Assembly (NCBI RefSeq): GCF_009914755.1 | Contig: NC_060942.1 | Strand: one strand, 5' to 3' | DNA length: 64,000 nucleotides | Source: the human T2T-CHM13v2.0 reference genome, Homo sapiens | Part shown: piece by piece, positions 28,725-52,686 of the stretch | How positions within the stretch are numbered: the stretch's first letter is position 1 | How the letters are laid out: the number at the start of each line of letters is the position of its first letter | Made by a program: the position numbers and the translations under genes | The notes under the pieces: model-generated | Told to the model about the DNA's origin: nothing | What the model saw: the letters and a program-made list of their open reading frames with translations, nothing else | Database searches by the model: none

Positions 28725-29140
28725 CCAAATGTCCAACAATGATAGACTGGATTAAGAAAATGTGGCACATATACACCATGGAATACTATGCAGCCATAAA
28801 AAATGATGAGTTCATGTCCTTTGTAGGGACATGGATGAAATTGGAAATCATCATTCTCAGTAAACTATCGCAAGAACAAAAAACCAAACACCGCATATTC
28901 TCACTCATAGGTAGAATTGAACAATGAGATCACATGGACACAGGAAGGGGAATATCACACTCTGGGGACTGTTGTGGGGTCGGGGGAGGGGGGAGGGATA
29001 GCATTGGGAGATATACCTAATGCTAGATGATGAGTTAGTGGGTGCAGCGCACCAGCATGGCACATGTATACATATGTAACTAACCTGCACAATGTGCACA
29101 TGTACCCTAAAACTTAAAGTATAATAATAATTTTAAAAAA
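28725..29140 (+). mobile_element. L1PA2-like 3' end (non-inverted segment of the same insertion)
   Basis: End of ORF2 plus 3'UTR (gagatcacatgg, gaatatcac, gcattgggagat, GAG rather than the Ta ACA); shared TSD AAAGACATTT at 25859-25868 and 29141-29150. Confidence 0.95.
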
Positions 29141-29947
29141 AAAGACATTTGAGAAGGCAATAAAGCTCAACATGTGCAGTACCAACAATGTGTAGAACTC
29201 CCCTAAAGTACAACATGGACAGCTTTGACTAGGTCTGGCTTGCATGGGCAGTAACAACTACTGCTTAGAAAGATCCCTTTGCCTCCCTTTGACACTAGGG
29301 CACTTATAAGGTGTTATCAATTGGAGAAGCAACGCTATTTCTAAAATATCAAAATATGAAAAACTGTGCATCTTACATTACTGAAATACATTAATAAAAT
29401 CTGCATATACTATCACTCAACCAGTAAATGTTAATACTCACATTGGGAAACTTTTTGCACTGTTCAATGTAACAATTTTTTTAGGTTTTTGCTACGCTTT
29501 GAGTTTCTGGTTTTGCTAGGCAGTGGGGAATAAAAATCTGACTAAGTCATAGCTTTTGCCCTTGAGTATGGGGAGTGGGATCAACACAGAAAGAAATATT
29601 TGTAATACAAAAGAAAAGCTATAAAGGAAGTATAATAGTGTGCTGTGAGAACAAAGAAGGGAATACTTAATCCTCCTTAATTAGTAATTGAAGTTTCATT
29701 ACTATTTTGTGCCATAATTTTCATGACTCAATTTTTAAGGATATAATGGCTTTTTGTTTTTGTATCCTCTAACTTGAAGAAGTTTCTTGAATTTGGAAAT
29801 TGGATTCTCAGATATTATTACTTTTTTATTTTCTATTATGAATACAGAAATAAATAATTATTTGATATTTAAAATAAAAAGGACACAAACTATTCAAGAG
29901 GAAAAAGCCAAAACTCATTATCAAGTGTGGGCAATTTAAATGTTAAG

Positions 29948-30078
29948 AGCTGAGCAGAGTGGTTGCAGCTTCTTAGGATGGAGGTGGGAGGATCTCTTAA
30001 GCCTAGGAGTTTGAGACCAGCCTGGGCAACATAAGCAAGAGTTTGTGTCAGTACATAAATAATTAAATAAATAATAAA
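29948..30078 (+). mobile_element. Alu monomer (FLAM-like), internally deleted
   Basis: ggaggatctcttaagcctaggagtttgagaccagcctgggcaaca followed by an A-rich tail. Confidence 0.75.
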
Positions 30079-30488
30079 GTTTAGACAATTGAGGGCAATG
30101 TTTTGTTTCCATTTTAAATGTGGAAGTGAGGGAGACAATAATCTTAGATAGTTTTAAAGTCTTAAGTAACTTACTTAAAAAGAATTTCAGTAATAATTAA
30201 AAACTCACGCTAGTGCTTTCAACAGATGCTGGAACAATTGGATACCATTTGCAAAAAAAATAAAGAAATAAACCTCAATTATACCCCCACAAAAAAACTC
30301 AAAATGAATCATGCACCTAAATGTAAAAACCTAAAGCTATAAAATTTCTAAAAGGAAACTTAGGAGAAAATCTTTGCAATCCTGATTGGACAAAGATGTA
30401 TTCCATATTACATCAGAATCCCAACCTACCAAAGAAAAAGTAAGACTTCATCAAAGTTAAGAGTTTCTGCTCTTCAAAGGACACTGTT

Positions 30489-37277
<6,789 letters not shown>

Positions 37278-37834
37278 AAAGGACACTGTTAAGAGAATGA
37301 AAAGACAAATCACAGACTAGGAGAAAATATTTGCAAATCATACATCTGACAATGGACTTGAATATAAAATATACAAAGACCTCCTCAAGAAGACATAGAA
37401 AGATGCATCACGAGGCAGTAAGGAAGTGCCAATCAGAACTACAATGAGATACCACTTAACGCACACTAGGATAGATAAAAATTTTAACACTGGCAAAACC
37501 AAGGGCTGACAAAGATGTGGGGTGACTAGAGCTTTCATATACTCCTGGTGGGAATACAAACTGGTACTGCCTTTCTGAAAATTCATTTGGAAGTTTCTTA
37601 TAAAGTTAAAAATATATTTACTATACAATCCCACAACTCCAGTCCTAGGTATTTACCCCACTGAAATGAAATTTTATGCTCACACAAAAACCTCTATGTA
37701 AATATTAATAGGTTTACTCATAACTGTCAGAAATTGGAAAAAAACACAAATGTATCTCTAGTGAAGAATGGATAAATCAACTGTTGTGCATCCATACAAC
37801 AGAATACTACGTGGAAATAAAAAAAGAACAAACT

Positions 37835-38175
<341 letters not shown>

Positions 38176-39020
38176 CTAAGTGAAAGAACCCTAACTCAAA
38201 AGATTACATACTGAATGTAGTTTATCTGACATTATATGACATTCTTGCAATAGAGACAGAACATACATGAATCAGTGTTTGCCAGGGGCTGGGTGGGAGG
38301 GGAGAGGTTGACTACAAAGGGGCACAGAGAGGGTCACGGGGGTTTTGAAACAGCTCTATAGCTTGATTATCACGGTAGACACATGACTGAATACACTAGT
38401 CAAAACCTGCCAACTTTATACTAAAAGAGAAATTTTAATGTATGTAAATATATAAATGTATGTAAATATCTTATTTTTTAAAACATACAAATTTCACACA
38501 AAATTAGAAAAACAATTTAAAATTAAAGGGAAAACAAGTTTTGCCTAGCTCAAACCTAACACAAACAACGGTGTCCACAACTGTGTTACAAATACATAAA
38601 GAATTTTAAGAGCGTATAAATGTAATTTACCAGGAAAGAAAAATGTTTCGATTTAGGGAGCAAGCATTAAATGAATTGGTAAAATAGTCCTTCAAATATA
38701 TCATTAATCTGACTGGCAGATTTCCCTGTTTATGAAAACCTTGCCTTTTCAATGACAACTAGGGAGGCAGGCTGGCAGGTGGAGATGGGCGTCTGGGTTT
38801 GAATGGGGCTTCTTGGTTTGGATGGAAATGGCTGGCGACTCATGAAACGGGAAGCACTATGTCTGCTACTAAGTAAATGGTAAACAAGCAGTAACCCAAC
38901 AACAGCAACAAAACAAAAAAAACTTTATTAAAATTTGAAAATAACAATTATATGAATGCATTAAATTATTACATGTACCCTGAAAATATGTACATCTATT
39001 ATGTATCCATTTTTAATGTA

Positions 39021-39312
39021 ATTTTTTTGAGACAAGGTGTCTCTGTCACTCAGGCTACGGTGCAGTGGTGCCATCATAGCTCACTCTAAACTGAGCTCAA
39101 ACCATCCTCCTGCCTCTGCCTCCCAAGTAGCTGGGATTACAGGCACATGCCACCACACCCAGCTAATTTTTTTTTTTTTTTTTTTTTTTTTGGTAGCGAT
39201 GTAGGTCTCATTAGGTTGTCTTGGCTGGTCTTGAAATCTTGGCCTCAAGCGATTCTCCCACCTCAGCTTCCTACATTGTCAGGCTTACAGGCATGAACCA
39301 CTGCTCCTGGCC
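39021..39312 (-). mobile_element. AluJ with expanded central T-tract
   Basis: gagacaaggtgtc...ctcaaaccatcctcc...ctcctggcc. Confidence 0.88.
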
Positions 39313-39323
39313 AAAAAGTTGAC

Positions 39324-39532
<209 letters not shown>

Positions 39533-40075
39533 TAAGAAAATAACAAATCTAGTTAAAGCAGCACCTACCGATATTTTTTTCTGAAAAGCCAAGCAGTTGT
39601 TTAAATGGGTACATGCCTCTCTCTAACATGAAATGTGCTGCCATTCAACATATTTTATGAAAAAAGTGATGTTTAGCTAGAAAAATGTAAGTTATTGCTA
39701 TGTTGACACACAACTTTTAAGTTCTAGTAACTGCTTTGCTATCCACTTTTATTTTGTGGGACTTAACATTCCGAGATGTTCTGAAATACTTGTTGCTTAA
39801 AACACACATGTTCATCAGCTTTAAACAACAATAGATTAGTCTTCAGAAATAGCATTTTAAGTTCACGTTCTGCCCTGGAGCACTGTATTTATTTTGAAAA
39901 AAAAAATTCTGAAGATAGGAATAAATCAAAATAGAGAACAACCAAAAAAATTGTATTTTACGCGATGGAATTTTATAGACAAAATTAAAGTCCTTGTGGA
40001 AGAGCTGTAACCACGTCAGCATACTCCAGGCTTCTGAGCTTCCTGCATCTTGGGTTCTTCAACTCTAAAAGGTCA

Positions 40076-40522
<447 letters not shown>

Positions 40523-40569
40523 TTAAGGAAAAAAACAAAAGCCTAGGCCTCAGTTGCATGAATATTCTA

Positions 40570-40595
40570 ATAGATAGATAGATAGATAGATAGAT

Positions 40596-40637
<42 letters not shown>

Positions 40638-40644
40638 ATAGATA
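40570..40644. repeat. (GATA)n tetranucleotide microsatellite
   Basis: ~17 GATA units with one GAT interruption. Confidence 0.95.
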
Positions 40645-40737
40645 TATGGAATATATATGGAAGTTTGTGTTTGGAATACAAACTTGCTCTTAATTGTTGT
40701 GAAGTCTTTTCAAATGAGCAAGCACCTCTAAAGATAA

Positions 40738-40835
40738 TGTGACCAACCGTCCTGGTTTGCCTGGGACAGAATAGAGTCCTAGGAAATGAAACTTTTGATT
40801 TTAGAACTGAGACAGTACCAGGCAAATTGGGCCCA
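40738..40835. mobile_element. Short hAT MITE (MER94-like)
   Basis: gtgaccaaccgtcctggtttgcctgggac ... ccaggcaaattggg terminal inverted pattern. Confidence 0.55.
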
Positions 40836-41188
40836 GGAGTGAGGGGATTCCTGGGATCTCTCTAAAGACCAGGCTGATTGAAGGGTAGACAAGTTAAAGC
40901 CAAGTTTGCCCAGAATAAACGGGCAAACTATTATCAAACTGGCTTCCTTAACTATCTCTGCAGTGACTGATATCTTATCTTCTTTACCCAAAGTGTTGAA
41001 ACTGACATTAAGACCAAGAACTACAGAACAAGACAAAGATTTCCCTTCTTTCCCGTTTACCTTTTTCCCACTTAATGAATTGGAGAATCTTCCCACCAGC
41101 CATCAATATTGGGCATCCTTTTGAACGTTGACATATTTTGAATCTTGAACCTCAGTGGCGAATCAATTTTCCTGTCATTGCTTTTCAG

Positions 41189-41442
41189 CCCCTGAGTTTT
41201 GAAAGCAAGAAAAGCTACACCTTAAAGGTGGAGGGAGCCAATCCTCACCTAGAGATGCGTTTTCTGAACTTGGGCCCATTTCAGGACACAACAACAGTGC
41301 ACATCAGTGTGGAAGACGTGGACGAGCCCCCTGTGTTTGAACCTGGCTTTTACTTTGTGGAGGTGCCTGAGGATGTGGCGATTGGAACAACCATACAGAT
41401 CATTTCTGCCAAGGACCCAGATGTGACCAACAACTCAATCAG
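41189..41442 (+). CDS. CDH20: CDH20 coding exon 6 (EC3 to EC4)
   Basis: ttttcag|CCCCTGAGT (PLSFESKK...DVDEPPVF...AKDPDVTNNSI) AG|gttttt; 254 nt. Confidence 0.96.
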
Positions 41443-41668
41443 GTTTTTCCACAGATTTCACCTTTTCCTTATATGCTGGAATCTTCCCTTCCCTTGTATG
41501 TAATTTTCTAGCACTTTTCCCTTTGTTTCTTTCTTCTCTATCCCATTTCTGGAGACTCTCCTCTTTGAGTTTTTTGTGTTGTTTTTTTTTTTTTCCCTTA
41601 AATAACATGGCCTTGCCAGGTTGTTTAGAAGTGTCATTATATTTATAACTCACTTTCAATTGGTTGAG

Positions 41669-41669
41669 A

Positions 41670-41713
<44 letters not shown>
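41669..41713. repeat. (CA)n microsatellite
   Basis: ~22 CA units. Confidence 0.95.
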
Positions 41714-41715
<2 letters not shown>

Positions 41716-41716
<1 letters not shown>

Positions 41717-41935
41717 CTTAGTTCTCAATCATGGTCCTGTTGACATTTGGGGGTGGATAATTCTGTGTTGTTGTGGAGGGGTTCTCCTGTGCACTGAACC
41801 ATGTTTAGCAGCATCTCTGGCCTTTACGCACGAAATGCAGTAGCACTCTCTGAGTTGTAACCACCTAAAATGTCCCCAGATATTGCCAAATGTCCAGGGA
41901 AGTGGTGTAAAATCACCCCAGGTTGAGAGCTACTG
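41716..41935 (-). mobile_element. MER20 (hAT-Charlie)
   Basis: ttctcaa...tgacattt...gataattct...atgtttagcagcatc...ccagatattgccaaatgtcc...ggttgagagctactg. Confidence 0.85.
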
Positions 41936-44868
41936 ATTCAGATAAAGTATAATCAGACACACAGATGTCAAAATGTTAAAATCCATTGACTCTCAGTGGT
42001 AAACATAAAGGAAATCATCATGTATTCTTCCATCTTTTATGAATCTTTGACATGTTTTACTTTTTAAAACTGGGGAAAACAATATATACTACATATATTC
42101 CACATACTATAGAAAGAGCAGACATAGAAACTACTTCTGTTGTCAGCAACTTCAATGCCTTGTAGACTGGCCAGACAGATGGGTCTTTGTATGGCAATAC
42201 CAAGTATCTATCTCTCCAAAGCATGTTTTGGAATTAAAGATTCCAACCAAGATGCTTCCGCTCAAGAAGATGAGAACTGCTCTTACAGTCATGGCCATCT
42301 CTCACCAACTGGAACCAAAGTGCAAATAGTTGATGGACAGGTTGACACCACAACCTTCCAGAGCAGCTGCCAAACCTATGAAGCGTGACACAAAAGATCA
42401 GAATTCCAAGGATGTCGGAAGCCATCTGTCACATTAATTGTTGAAAGCCACACAGTAAAATGAATCTGGGGCTTTAGTGCAGATAACACATTTTAAACAT
42501 ACCGCACTTTATCAAATGCCTTTTCCGTCAGCTGGCTGCTTCTCTCACCTAGTGCTGTTTTGTATTTAATGAAAACGTGCTTCTGTAGTTTAACAAGAAC
42601 GGCTTTCTCCAGAGAATAACCATACTAGGGGCAAATTCACTTCCTCTAACCAACCAGTAAACATTTTACATGTTCAGGCATTAAAATGGCAAAAACGATT
42701 TTATTTGAATTCTGATATTTGATTTTTTCAAAGGCAACTAATGTATTATATAACAACTTTATAGATGTTGTATTTCAACCTGAAGCTTTTTAAATATAAA
42801 CTAGGATGGGGAGAGATTAGTCAACCATATTATCCCCAAAGCAATCACAATGAAAACAAAACATTGTGTGTATTTTCAGAAGCCAAGAATATATACCTTC
42901 TGATCCTAATTTATTAATTATATATGTATTAATCCACCATAGGCTAATTAATCTATTCCTGTAACAAAAGACCCTATGAGAGAAACTTTAAAGAATAAAA
43001 CTTTCACCACTGGCATGAAGTAAAATGAGGTAGACAAAATGAAGAAATCTTGTCTGGCTAACAGAAAATGCTGCTTCAGATGATGACCAATTGAAAACTA
43101 TCAGTTGGCCAGCACATCCGTTAGCATCAGGGAGGTTCATATTGGAGTGTCTGGCTACCCCACTAGAACCCAGGCAGGATGAATGCAAGAGTGAACAGGC
43201 CAGAGGCACAGGGCAGGGTCCACTGGGCTGTTCTGGGGCAGGACTGCAGATCCTGAGATGAAAATTGGTGAGAACAAGGCCACAAGGCCAGAGGTAATAA
43301 GACACGGCTCAGGCACAGGGGGCAACGTGAAATTCCAATGATCAGATCTGGGGATAATTCTCCCTCTGCATTTTGGTTACAAAGAAAGAGAGGAATTCTT
43401 ATTGCTAGGTATGAGGTCCCTGACTCTTTGTACTATCCAATAGCAACAAAGAATGGTCCCTGGACCCAAGAAGAACACTGGGGGTCCTAGACTCTCAGAG
43501 GGAAAAGCACTTAAAACTCAATGAACTCCCTGGCTCTCATTTCAAAACCCATTTGGGAATTCCTTTCTTCTGTTATCTTTCACCAAACTGCTCTTCTTAT
43601 CCTTATTTTTCATATTAAAGTTACTTTCTTTTAAAATAATGTGTATAGTTATATGCTGCATGGCTAATTCATCATCTGCATTTTTGTTACGAAGAATAAA
43701 TGAGATTTATATTCTTAAAGAGAAAATATCTATCAAATAATTCAAAAAATCAACACATCACCGGAAGTTAAAATGTTACAGATAAAAGGCCATTTAACAA
43801 ATTATTAGGACTTTTATAATCTCCTTTCTAGAAAGTTGATGGTGTGTTCAGGAATATATGCTGGTCCTCACTTATTTATAATCCCCAAAACAAAATCACC
43901 AGATTTAGTGATATTTACATGAAAAGACAATGTTTGGATCCCCTGAATTTTTAATACATGCTCAAGGACTTTTTGGCAGGCAGGATACTGAGCCATTTGG
44001 CAACTGAAAGAGGCTTCTGCTGATGTGGAAACTGCCTGCCCCCCAGTTCCTTCCCAGAATGTGTGTGGATTTAACCAGCCTGCTCCTGACACCCCACCTC
44101 CAAATTGCTCCCAAATTCAGAGGATGTCCTCAGCTAAGTGACAAGCAGGGAGTCCGGAAAGCACCAGCTACTGCTGGCTCTGGGCAGCTTTGTACCTGCA
44201 TGATGCCGATTCTGCTCATAGGAGGTTAGAATGTAATGGTTAAGAAAAGAAAACCACCTACATAATTCACGAGTGTGTCCCAATTTCCTCGTTTTCCATC
44301 TGTATCTACACCTTTAATTTTTCTCCTGCCTCCTGAAAATTAACCCAGCATCCTATTCAGGGAAACAAAGGCTATTATTCCCTCAATTCTGGCCCCATTG
44401 GGGAAATCAGAGAGGGATTCCCCTCGATGAGGGAGGCTTCTCTGAGGAAGGCTCCTGGTGTGTCAGCCCGGCAATGCTGTCAGGGGTCCTGTGGGTTAGT
44501 TATTTCTATCACTCCCTCTCCCATGCGACATTCACTATATTGCCGTAGGTCTGAGTATAGAAAGCTGCTTTCTCATAGGCTGCCTCTCCCCTTGGCATCA
44601 TGCCTGCAGCCTGGAGAGCTGCCATCAGGGACATGGCTCCGTGGACCACATGGCTGGCTCTCTGCATGTGTCAGGAGCTGAAAGAGAAGACTGTCATGAG
44701 CCAATCGGTGTTTTTTTATTTTATATTAGAGAAAATTCAATTCTGAAAATAGTAAACTTTAAAAGTAAATAACAATTTATGCTTAAAAAGTAATAATCTA
44801 GTCCATTTTAAATGAACTCTGAAGCATGTGTTTTTCTTTATTAAAAAGGCAACTATTCGCTGTCACTC

Positions 44869-45234
44869 TGATGTGATCTGGCTCTGTGTCCCCACCCAAA
44901 TCTCACCTTGAATTGTAATAATCTCCATGTGTCAAGGGCGGGACCAGGTAGAGATAACTGAATCATGGGGGTGGTTTCCCCCATGCTGTTCTCATGATAG
45001 TGAGTGAGTTCTCACGAGATCTGATGGTTTTAAAAGGGGCTTCCCCCTTCCCTTGGCACTCATTCTCTCTCCTACCACCATGTGAAGGACATGTTTGCGT
45101 CCCTTTCCACTACGATTGTAAGTGTGCTGAGGCCTTCCCAGCCATGCTGAACTGTGAGTCAAACAAACCTCTTTCCCTATAAATACCCTGTCTTGGGTAT
45201 GTCTTTATTAGCAGTGTGAGAACGGACTAATACT
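44869..45234 (+). mobile_element. THE1C/D-like MaLR solo LTR
   Basis: tg...ggctctgtgtccccacccaaatctcaccttgaattgtaataat...gagaacggactaatac. Confidence 0.88.
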
Positions 45235-45294
45235 CATATCTTTAAAAGATAAAGTCTTGTTTCCTTAGACAATCTCTTATAGACTATGTGTCAA

Positions 45295-45530
45295 TAAGGC
45301 AGCATGGCCTGGTGGCTGGGAGCAGAACCTGCAGCCAGACTGCCTGGGCTTGATTCCCAGCAATGTGACCTTGGGCAAGGGACCTAACCTGTCTACTCCT
45401 CAGACTTCTTACCTGTAAAATAAGGATCATAACTGTGCCTACCTCATGGTGTTATTGTAAAGATTAAATGAGTCCATATAGGTGATGTGTGCTGAGCAGT
45501 GCCTGGCTTACAGTGAATGTTCATTAAATA
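45295..45530 (+). mobile_element. MIR
   Basis: gccagactgcctggg...tgtgaccttgggcaag...ctgtaaaata...gattaaatgag. Confidence 0.8.
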
Positions 45531-46221
45531 GGGTCACAGGCAGAGAGAAACATTAATTTTCTTCCTTAAATTTCCTAACTCTTAGGGAGTCATAACTTAA
45601 ATGATTCTGATTTCTCTAGCTCTTACTCATCAGCTTTCTCTTTAATTCCTAATTCCTAAATAGCCATCCTGAATCTCTGCAGAAAAAAAATATACATTGT
45701 ATTTGATACAATACATTTTACCAACGATATATATGCACAACTGTATACATGTGTGTATTGTATGTATATATATATATATATACACACACACACATATATA
45801 TAAAAAACAAAAGCTTTACATCAATATTTACCCTTACTGCATGTGATAGTTTGGCATGCATATATTCTATTCTATTTCATTTTCTTTCTATGCTAATCAT
45901 AACCCACCAAATTGATTTCACAATCCACTAAGCTACATCTGAAAAACAATGCACTATAGTAAAGAAAATGTTTATTCCCTCCAAAATTGCTGCTTCTCCG
46001 TCTCTACAACGTTAAGATATGGATTACAGTTGCTGGCAACTTTAAATCAAATTTTGAACCCAATATATTTCCCAGTCCCTATTTAAATAATTTTTAAGAA
46101 CATAGTAGTTATAATTTTGTATATATAGCTTCAAATCAAACACAGTAGTTATAACTCCATAAAGATGGCTTCAAGTCTTACCTCTTAAATTATTACCTGT
46201 GTAATTGCATAAAAGTGACTT

Positions 46222-46548
46222 CAGCTAGTTGCAGTGGCTTATGCCTGTAATCCCCACTACTTGGGAGATTGAGGCAGGAAAATCACTTGAGGGTAGGAGT
46301 TTGAGGAGTTTGAGGCCAGCCTGGGCAACACAGGCTGTTTAAAAGACTTTGTCTTTTAAAATAAAAAATAAAAAAAATTTAATTATCCAGGTGGGGTGGT
46401 ACCTGCCTCTAGTTCCAACTACTCAGGAGGCTGAGGCGGAAGGATCACTGGAGCCGAGGAGTTTGAGGCTGCAGTGAGTTTGGTCATGCCACTGCACCAC
46501 TCCAGCCTGGATGACAGAAAGAGAACCCATTTCTAAAGAAAGAAAAAA
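46222..46548 (+). mobile_element. AluJ inserted in a MIR
   Basis: TSD aaaagtgactt; MIR core resumes with aagcctcagtttccttatctg. Confidence 0.9.
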
Positions 46549-46704
46549 AAGTGACTTATTTAAGCCTCAGTTTCCTTATCTGTTGATTGGGATAATAACT
46601 ACCTCCCAGAGATGTTGGAAAAATTTTAAAAGAAGCTGTGTATTAAGTACATAGTAAAGTGCCTGATATTCAGCAAATGGCAGCTATTGTAATTACTGGT
46701 CTTT

Positions 46705-48577
<1,873 letters not shown>

Positions 48578-49716
48578 TTACTTGGCCTTTACCAAGGACT
48601 ACATAAGGTTCTCATTGATGGTTCTCAATCATGGCTACATATCAAAATCCCTTATGGAGGGTTTTTAACATCCACATGCCTGAGCCTCCATCCATATTTA
48701 TTGAGTCTTCCAAGATGGGGACCAGACGAGATAACACAGGTGAGATAACACAACAGAATTGGATTGCCAAATCAGGTTCAACAGGAAATATAGATCCTAC
48801 CCAGGAGCTAGTTAACTAATGGCTCAAATGATACAGACAACAGCAAAACATGAGTCATTCTCCCCTTGGAGAGCTCTGAAACTGTCAGGCACAGGTGCCT
48901 ATAAATGTCCTTTTCTTGCATAAAGATGCATGTTGGTCCAGACTGAACATGAAAAGTAGAAGCAATGGACGAAGTGCATTGCTCGAACGCAAAGATCCAT
49001 TTTTGTGATGGAACATTTGCTTGTTATACATCATTAATTACATAGCTTATATGACATTTTCCAGTAGGCTGTACCCCACAAATTTATAAACTCTAGGTTT
49101 ATTTACAGTAAACAACCTAGCCAGATCCGGTCCATCCTGCTAAAAGCATACCACAGTTAAGGACTCTCCAGCTAGCAAATACATTACCATTATTGTATTT
49201 GCCAGAAGGTGGGTCATTAGCATGTTAAGAAAGGGCCTGGTACAAGGCTTCTTTTCTCAATAGTTGATACAAATTATAAGGACTGGAACCACTAAACTAC
49301 ACCTTTTCTCCTTTTCTAGTTTCAGATTAGCATTTGAGAACTCATTTGAATACAATTCTTTTTAAACAAATATATACAGGACTCGATACTCAGGATGTCC
49401 CAAAATTCTTGGGGTAATTCCAAGCATTACGTAGCATAAACCATATTTAAATAGCTTACAACTTCCCCAAGACTGTCGGCACCCTGTTTATTTCATTTTT
49501 TGAATGAGAAAATTGAAGCAATATTTGTTTTGTTTATTGGAGGAGGAGGTGACTTTTGTTTCTGAACAAATAAAACCACGAATGCAGTCTTCCAGTAGCC
49601 ATAACTCAGAAGTGGTGGAACCATGTTTCATATGGTAGGCACTCAGTTGTCTCATGTGGTATGCTGTCATATGCTTACCCAAATGCAAATGATGTACGTA
49701 ATCCATGTTTCTGCAG

Positions 49717-49853
49717 ATACTCCATTGATAGAAGCAGTGACCCTGGAAGATTTTTCTATGTTGACATTACAACAGGTGCCCTAATGACAGCAAGACCCCT
49801 AGACCGGGAAGAATTTTCTTGGCATAATATCACTGTCCTTGCTATGGAAATGA
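49717..49853 (+). CDS. CDH20: CDH20 coding exon 7 (EC4)
   Basis: ctgcag|ATACTCC (RYSIDRSSDPGRFF...LDREEFSWHNITVLAMEM) A|gtaagt; 137 nt. Confidence 0.96.
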
Positions 49854-50399
49854 GTAAGTAGCACAGTAAGTTGGTCTCCATGCAGTGACAAAATATAGGT
49901 GTTATAGAAAGTGGAAGTTTCTAGAACTTGTTGTAACAAAAATTATATCCTTTAAGGGAAGAAATGGAAATCATGCTTTATGCAAGTAAGTAAATGCGTT
50001 CAGTTCAAATACTTTTTTGAGGCTCGCTTGTATACTTAGTCCTGTGCTAGAGATAAAAGCAAACAAAACATGGAAAACAGTGAAAGACAGCATTCTTATC
50101 CCAAGGAGCTATGAGGAAAAGGGAAGATTCCTGAGAAATCTAACAGGCTTTCAATCTTTAATATGATTGTGAATGTACAAAGAGTATAAAATATTACTGT
50201 ATGAAAGGAAGCATTTATAACATATCACTCTTATTATACAAACATATACATATCCATGCCCACAAGAATTTGAGATACCTTACAATAAAAGGCAAATTGA
50301 TTAACGTAATAAACTTATAAATGGAATGGAAGATTAATAACTACATTAATATATATTATAAACATAATAAAAATTAGATTATGTACTACTACATTCCTT

Positions 50400-50950
50400 T
50401 TTTTTTCCATACTGGTGATAGTAAAGGCTTAGAAAAATGGCAGTCCCTAACCTATTGGCTATATAACTAAACAGCCATTCAGGAGGGCAGTTTGGCAATA
50501 TGTATTGAGATTCTCCAAAATATTTATACTCTTTCAGGAAATCTACTGCTAGTCATCATATTAAGGAAATAATTACAGATATCAACAAAGATTTAAATGT
50601 GAAAATTTCCACTGCCATGTTATTTTAAAATAAGGAGAAAATGGAAATTACTTAAGTGTCTAATAATAGGAGACTAAATAAATTATGGTACAACCTATAG
50701 TAAAATGACAATATAATACAGATGCTTTCAAAACATATTCAATGACAAAGGATAACCTTACCCTAAAATATTAATGTTCTGAATTCAATCTTTCTATTTT
50801 GCTTAAATGTAACTTCTGTGTCAGGGGGAGGGTGTATAACTCCAATTTTAGACACCCATGTTGTATAATGTCATATATCTAATGGATATCTCTGGTGGTA
50901 GGACTGTGGATCATATTCATGGATTCATCTATGCTTTTCTGGAATTTTCA
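50400..50950 (+). mobile_element. Very old L1ME-like 3' fragment
   Basis: gagggcagtttggcaatatgtatt...aagtgtctaataataggagact...aattatggtaca. Confidence 0.55.
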
Positions 50951-51715
50951 TTATTCCTTAGACAAACACCACTGTTATAATGAAGAAATAAATCTTAATT
51001 TTGCTAGCATATTATGGTAACCAAGCAATAGAAGTATTTAGGGGGGAAAGAGTAGAGCATAATTTTTTGGGAAAGAAAGGAAGAAAAATATGATTCAGAA
51101 GAACAATGCATTTTGGGATTTAGTAAAATTATTAACCAAGAATAATTTCTGTGTCTCGCAATTTCTGTTTTGTCTCCTTGGGGTGGTGACCAAAACAGAA
51201 AAAGACAGGAGGAGCACTACCAGAGCTGTGAAACTGTCTCTGCATGGCAGTGCCAAGCAAAAGACACAGATCACAAAGACACAGCTCCCCATGAGTGTCT
51301 ATGACCCCAGCCAAAGATATGGATTTGGTGTGTGTTTGATCCTGTAATATCCTGTTAGTCCCTAAGCAGAAATAAATGTGCAGTGTTATCTTTATTCCAG
51401 TGAATAACTCGAAACCTTTGCAAATGTAATTCAAAGAACTGATGATTCCACAGGAAGAAAGCCAAGCAGTGCCACACAGTATGCATCCGATTGGCAATGG
51501 GCTCTTTTAAAGCCCAGAATACAGAACTGACCTGCCTTTAATTCCAAGACTTGAAGTCTGAGCCAAATGGGAGACTGAAAACCTCTTTTTAAGATTCGTT
51601 TTTTGACACTTGCTCCCTTTGTCTCACCCTTCCCTTCATACTGCTGATAGCAAAGGTTCACCAACACACACCTTATTCTGTCCAAACTTCTCATGTCTGG
51701 CCACACTCTTAGTAG

Positions 51716-52156
<441 letters not shown>

Positions 52157-52249
52157 GTAAATACCGACTTCTAGCAAAAACCATTACTCTTTTTTTTTCT
52201 TTTGGCATTACTAAACTCTCAGATTTGGTTTTCCTTGTGTTCCCTTTAG

Positions 52250-52371
52250 ACAATCCCTCCCAGGTTGGAAGTGTTCCTGTCACAATCAAAGTCTTAGATG
52301 TGAATGACAATGCTCCAGAGTTCCCCAGATTCTATGAAGCTTTTGTCTGTGAGAACGCCAAGGCAGGACAG
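52250..52371 (+). CDS. CDH20: CDH20 coding exon 8 (EC4 to EC5)
   Basis: ccctttag|ACAATCCC (NNPSQVG...DVNDNAPEF...CENAKAGQ)|gtaagg; 122 nt. Confidence 0.96.
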
Positions 52372-52549
52372 GTAAGGTGGCCTGTGGGTGGTGCACTCTG
52401 CTTAACCCCTAACTTCTGGAAACAATTGTTAGATAACCAAATTCACCATCAAAGCCATTTTGACTCCAGAAATGAACAGTTCACAAAACAGAGTCCCTAA
52501 TTCCCGTATATCAGGTTTCAACCATTTATTTGTTAAGACAACTATTTGA

Positions 52550-52686
52550 GGCTAGGTGTGGTGGCTCATGCCTGTAATCCTAGCATTTTTGGAGGCTGAG
52601 GCAGGAAGATAGTTTGAGCCCAGGAGTTTGAGACCAGCCTGGGCAACATCGTGAGACCCAATCTCTAAAAAAGTGAAAAAACAAAA
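52550..52686 (+). mobile_element. FLAM-type Alu monomer
   Basis: Left-arm monomer with tail; TSD aactatttg. Confidence 0.9.
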
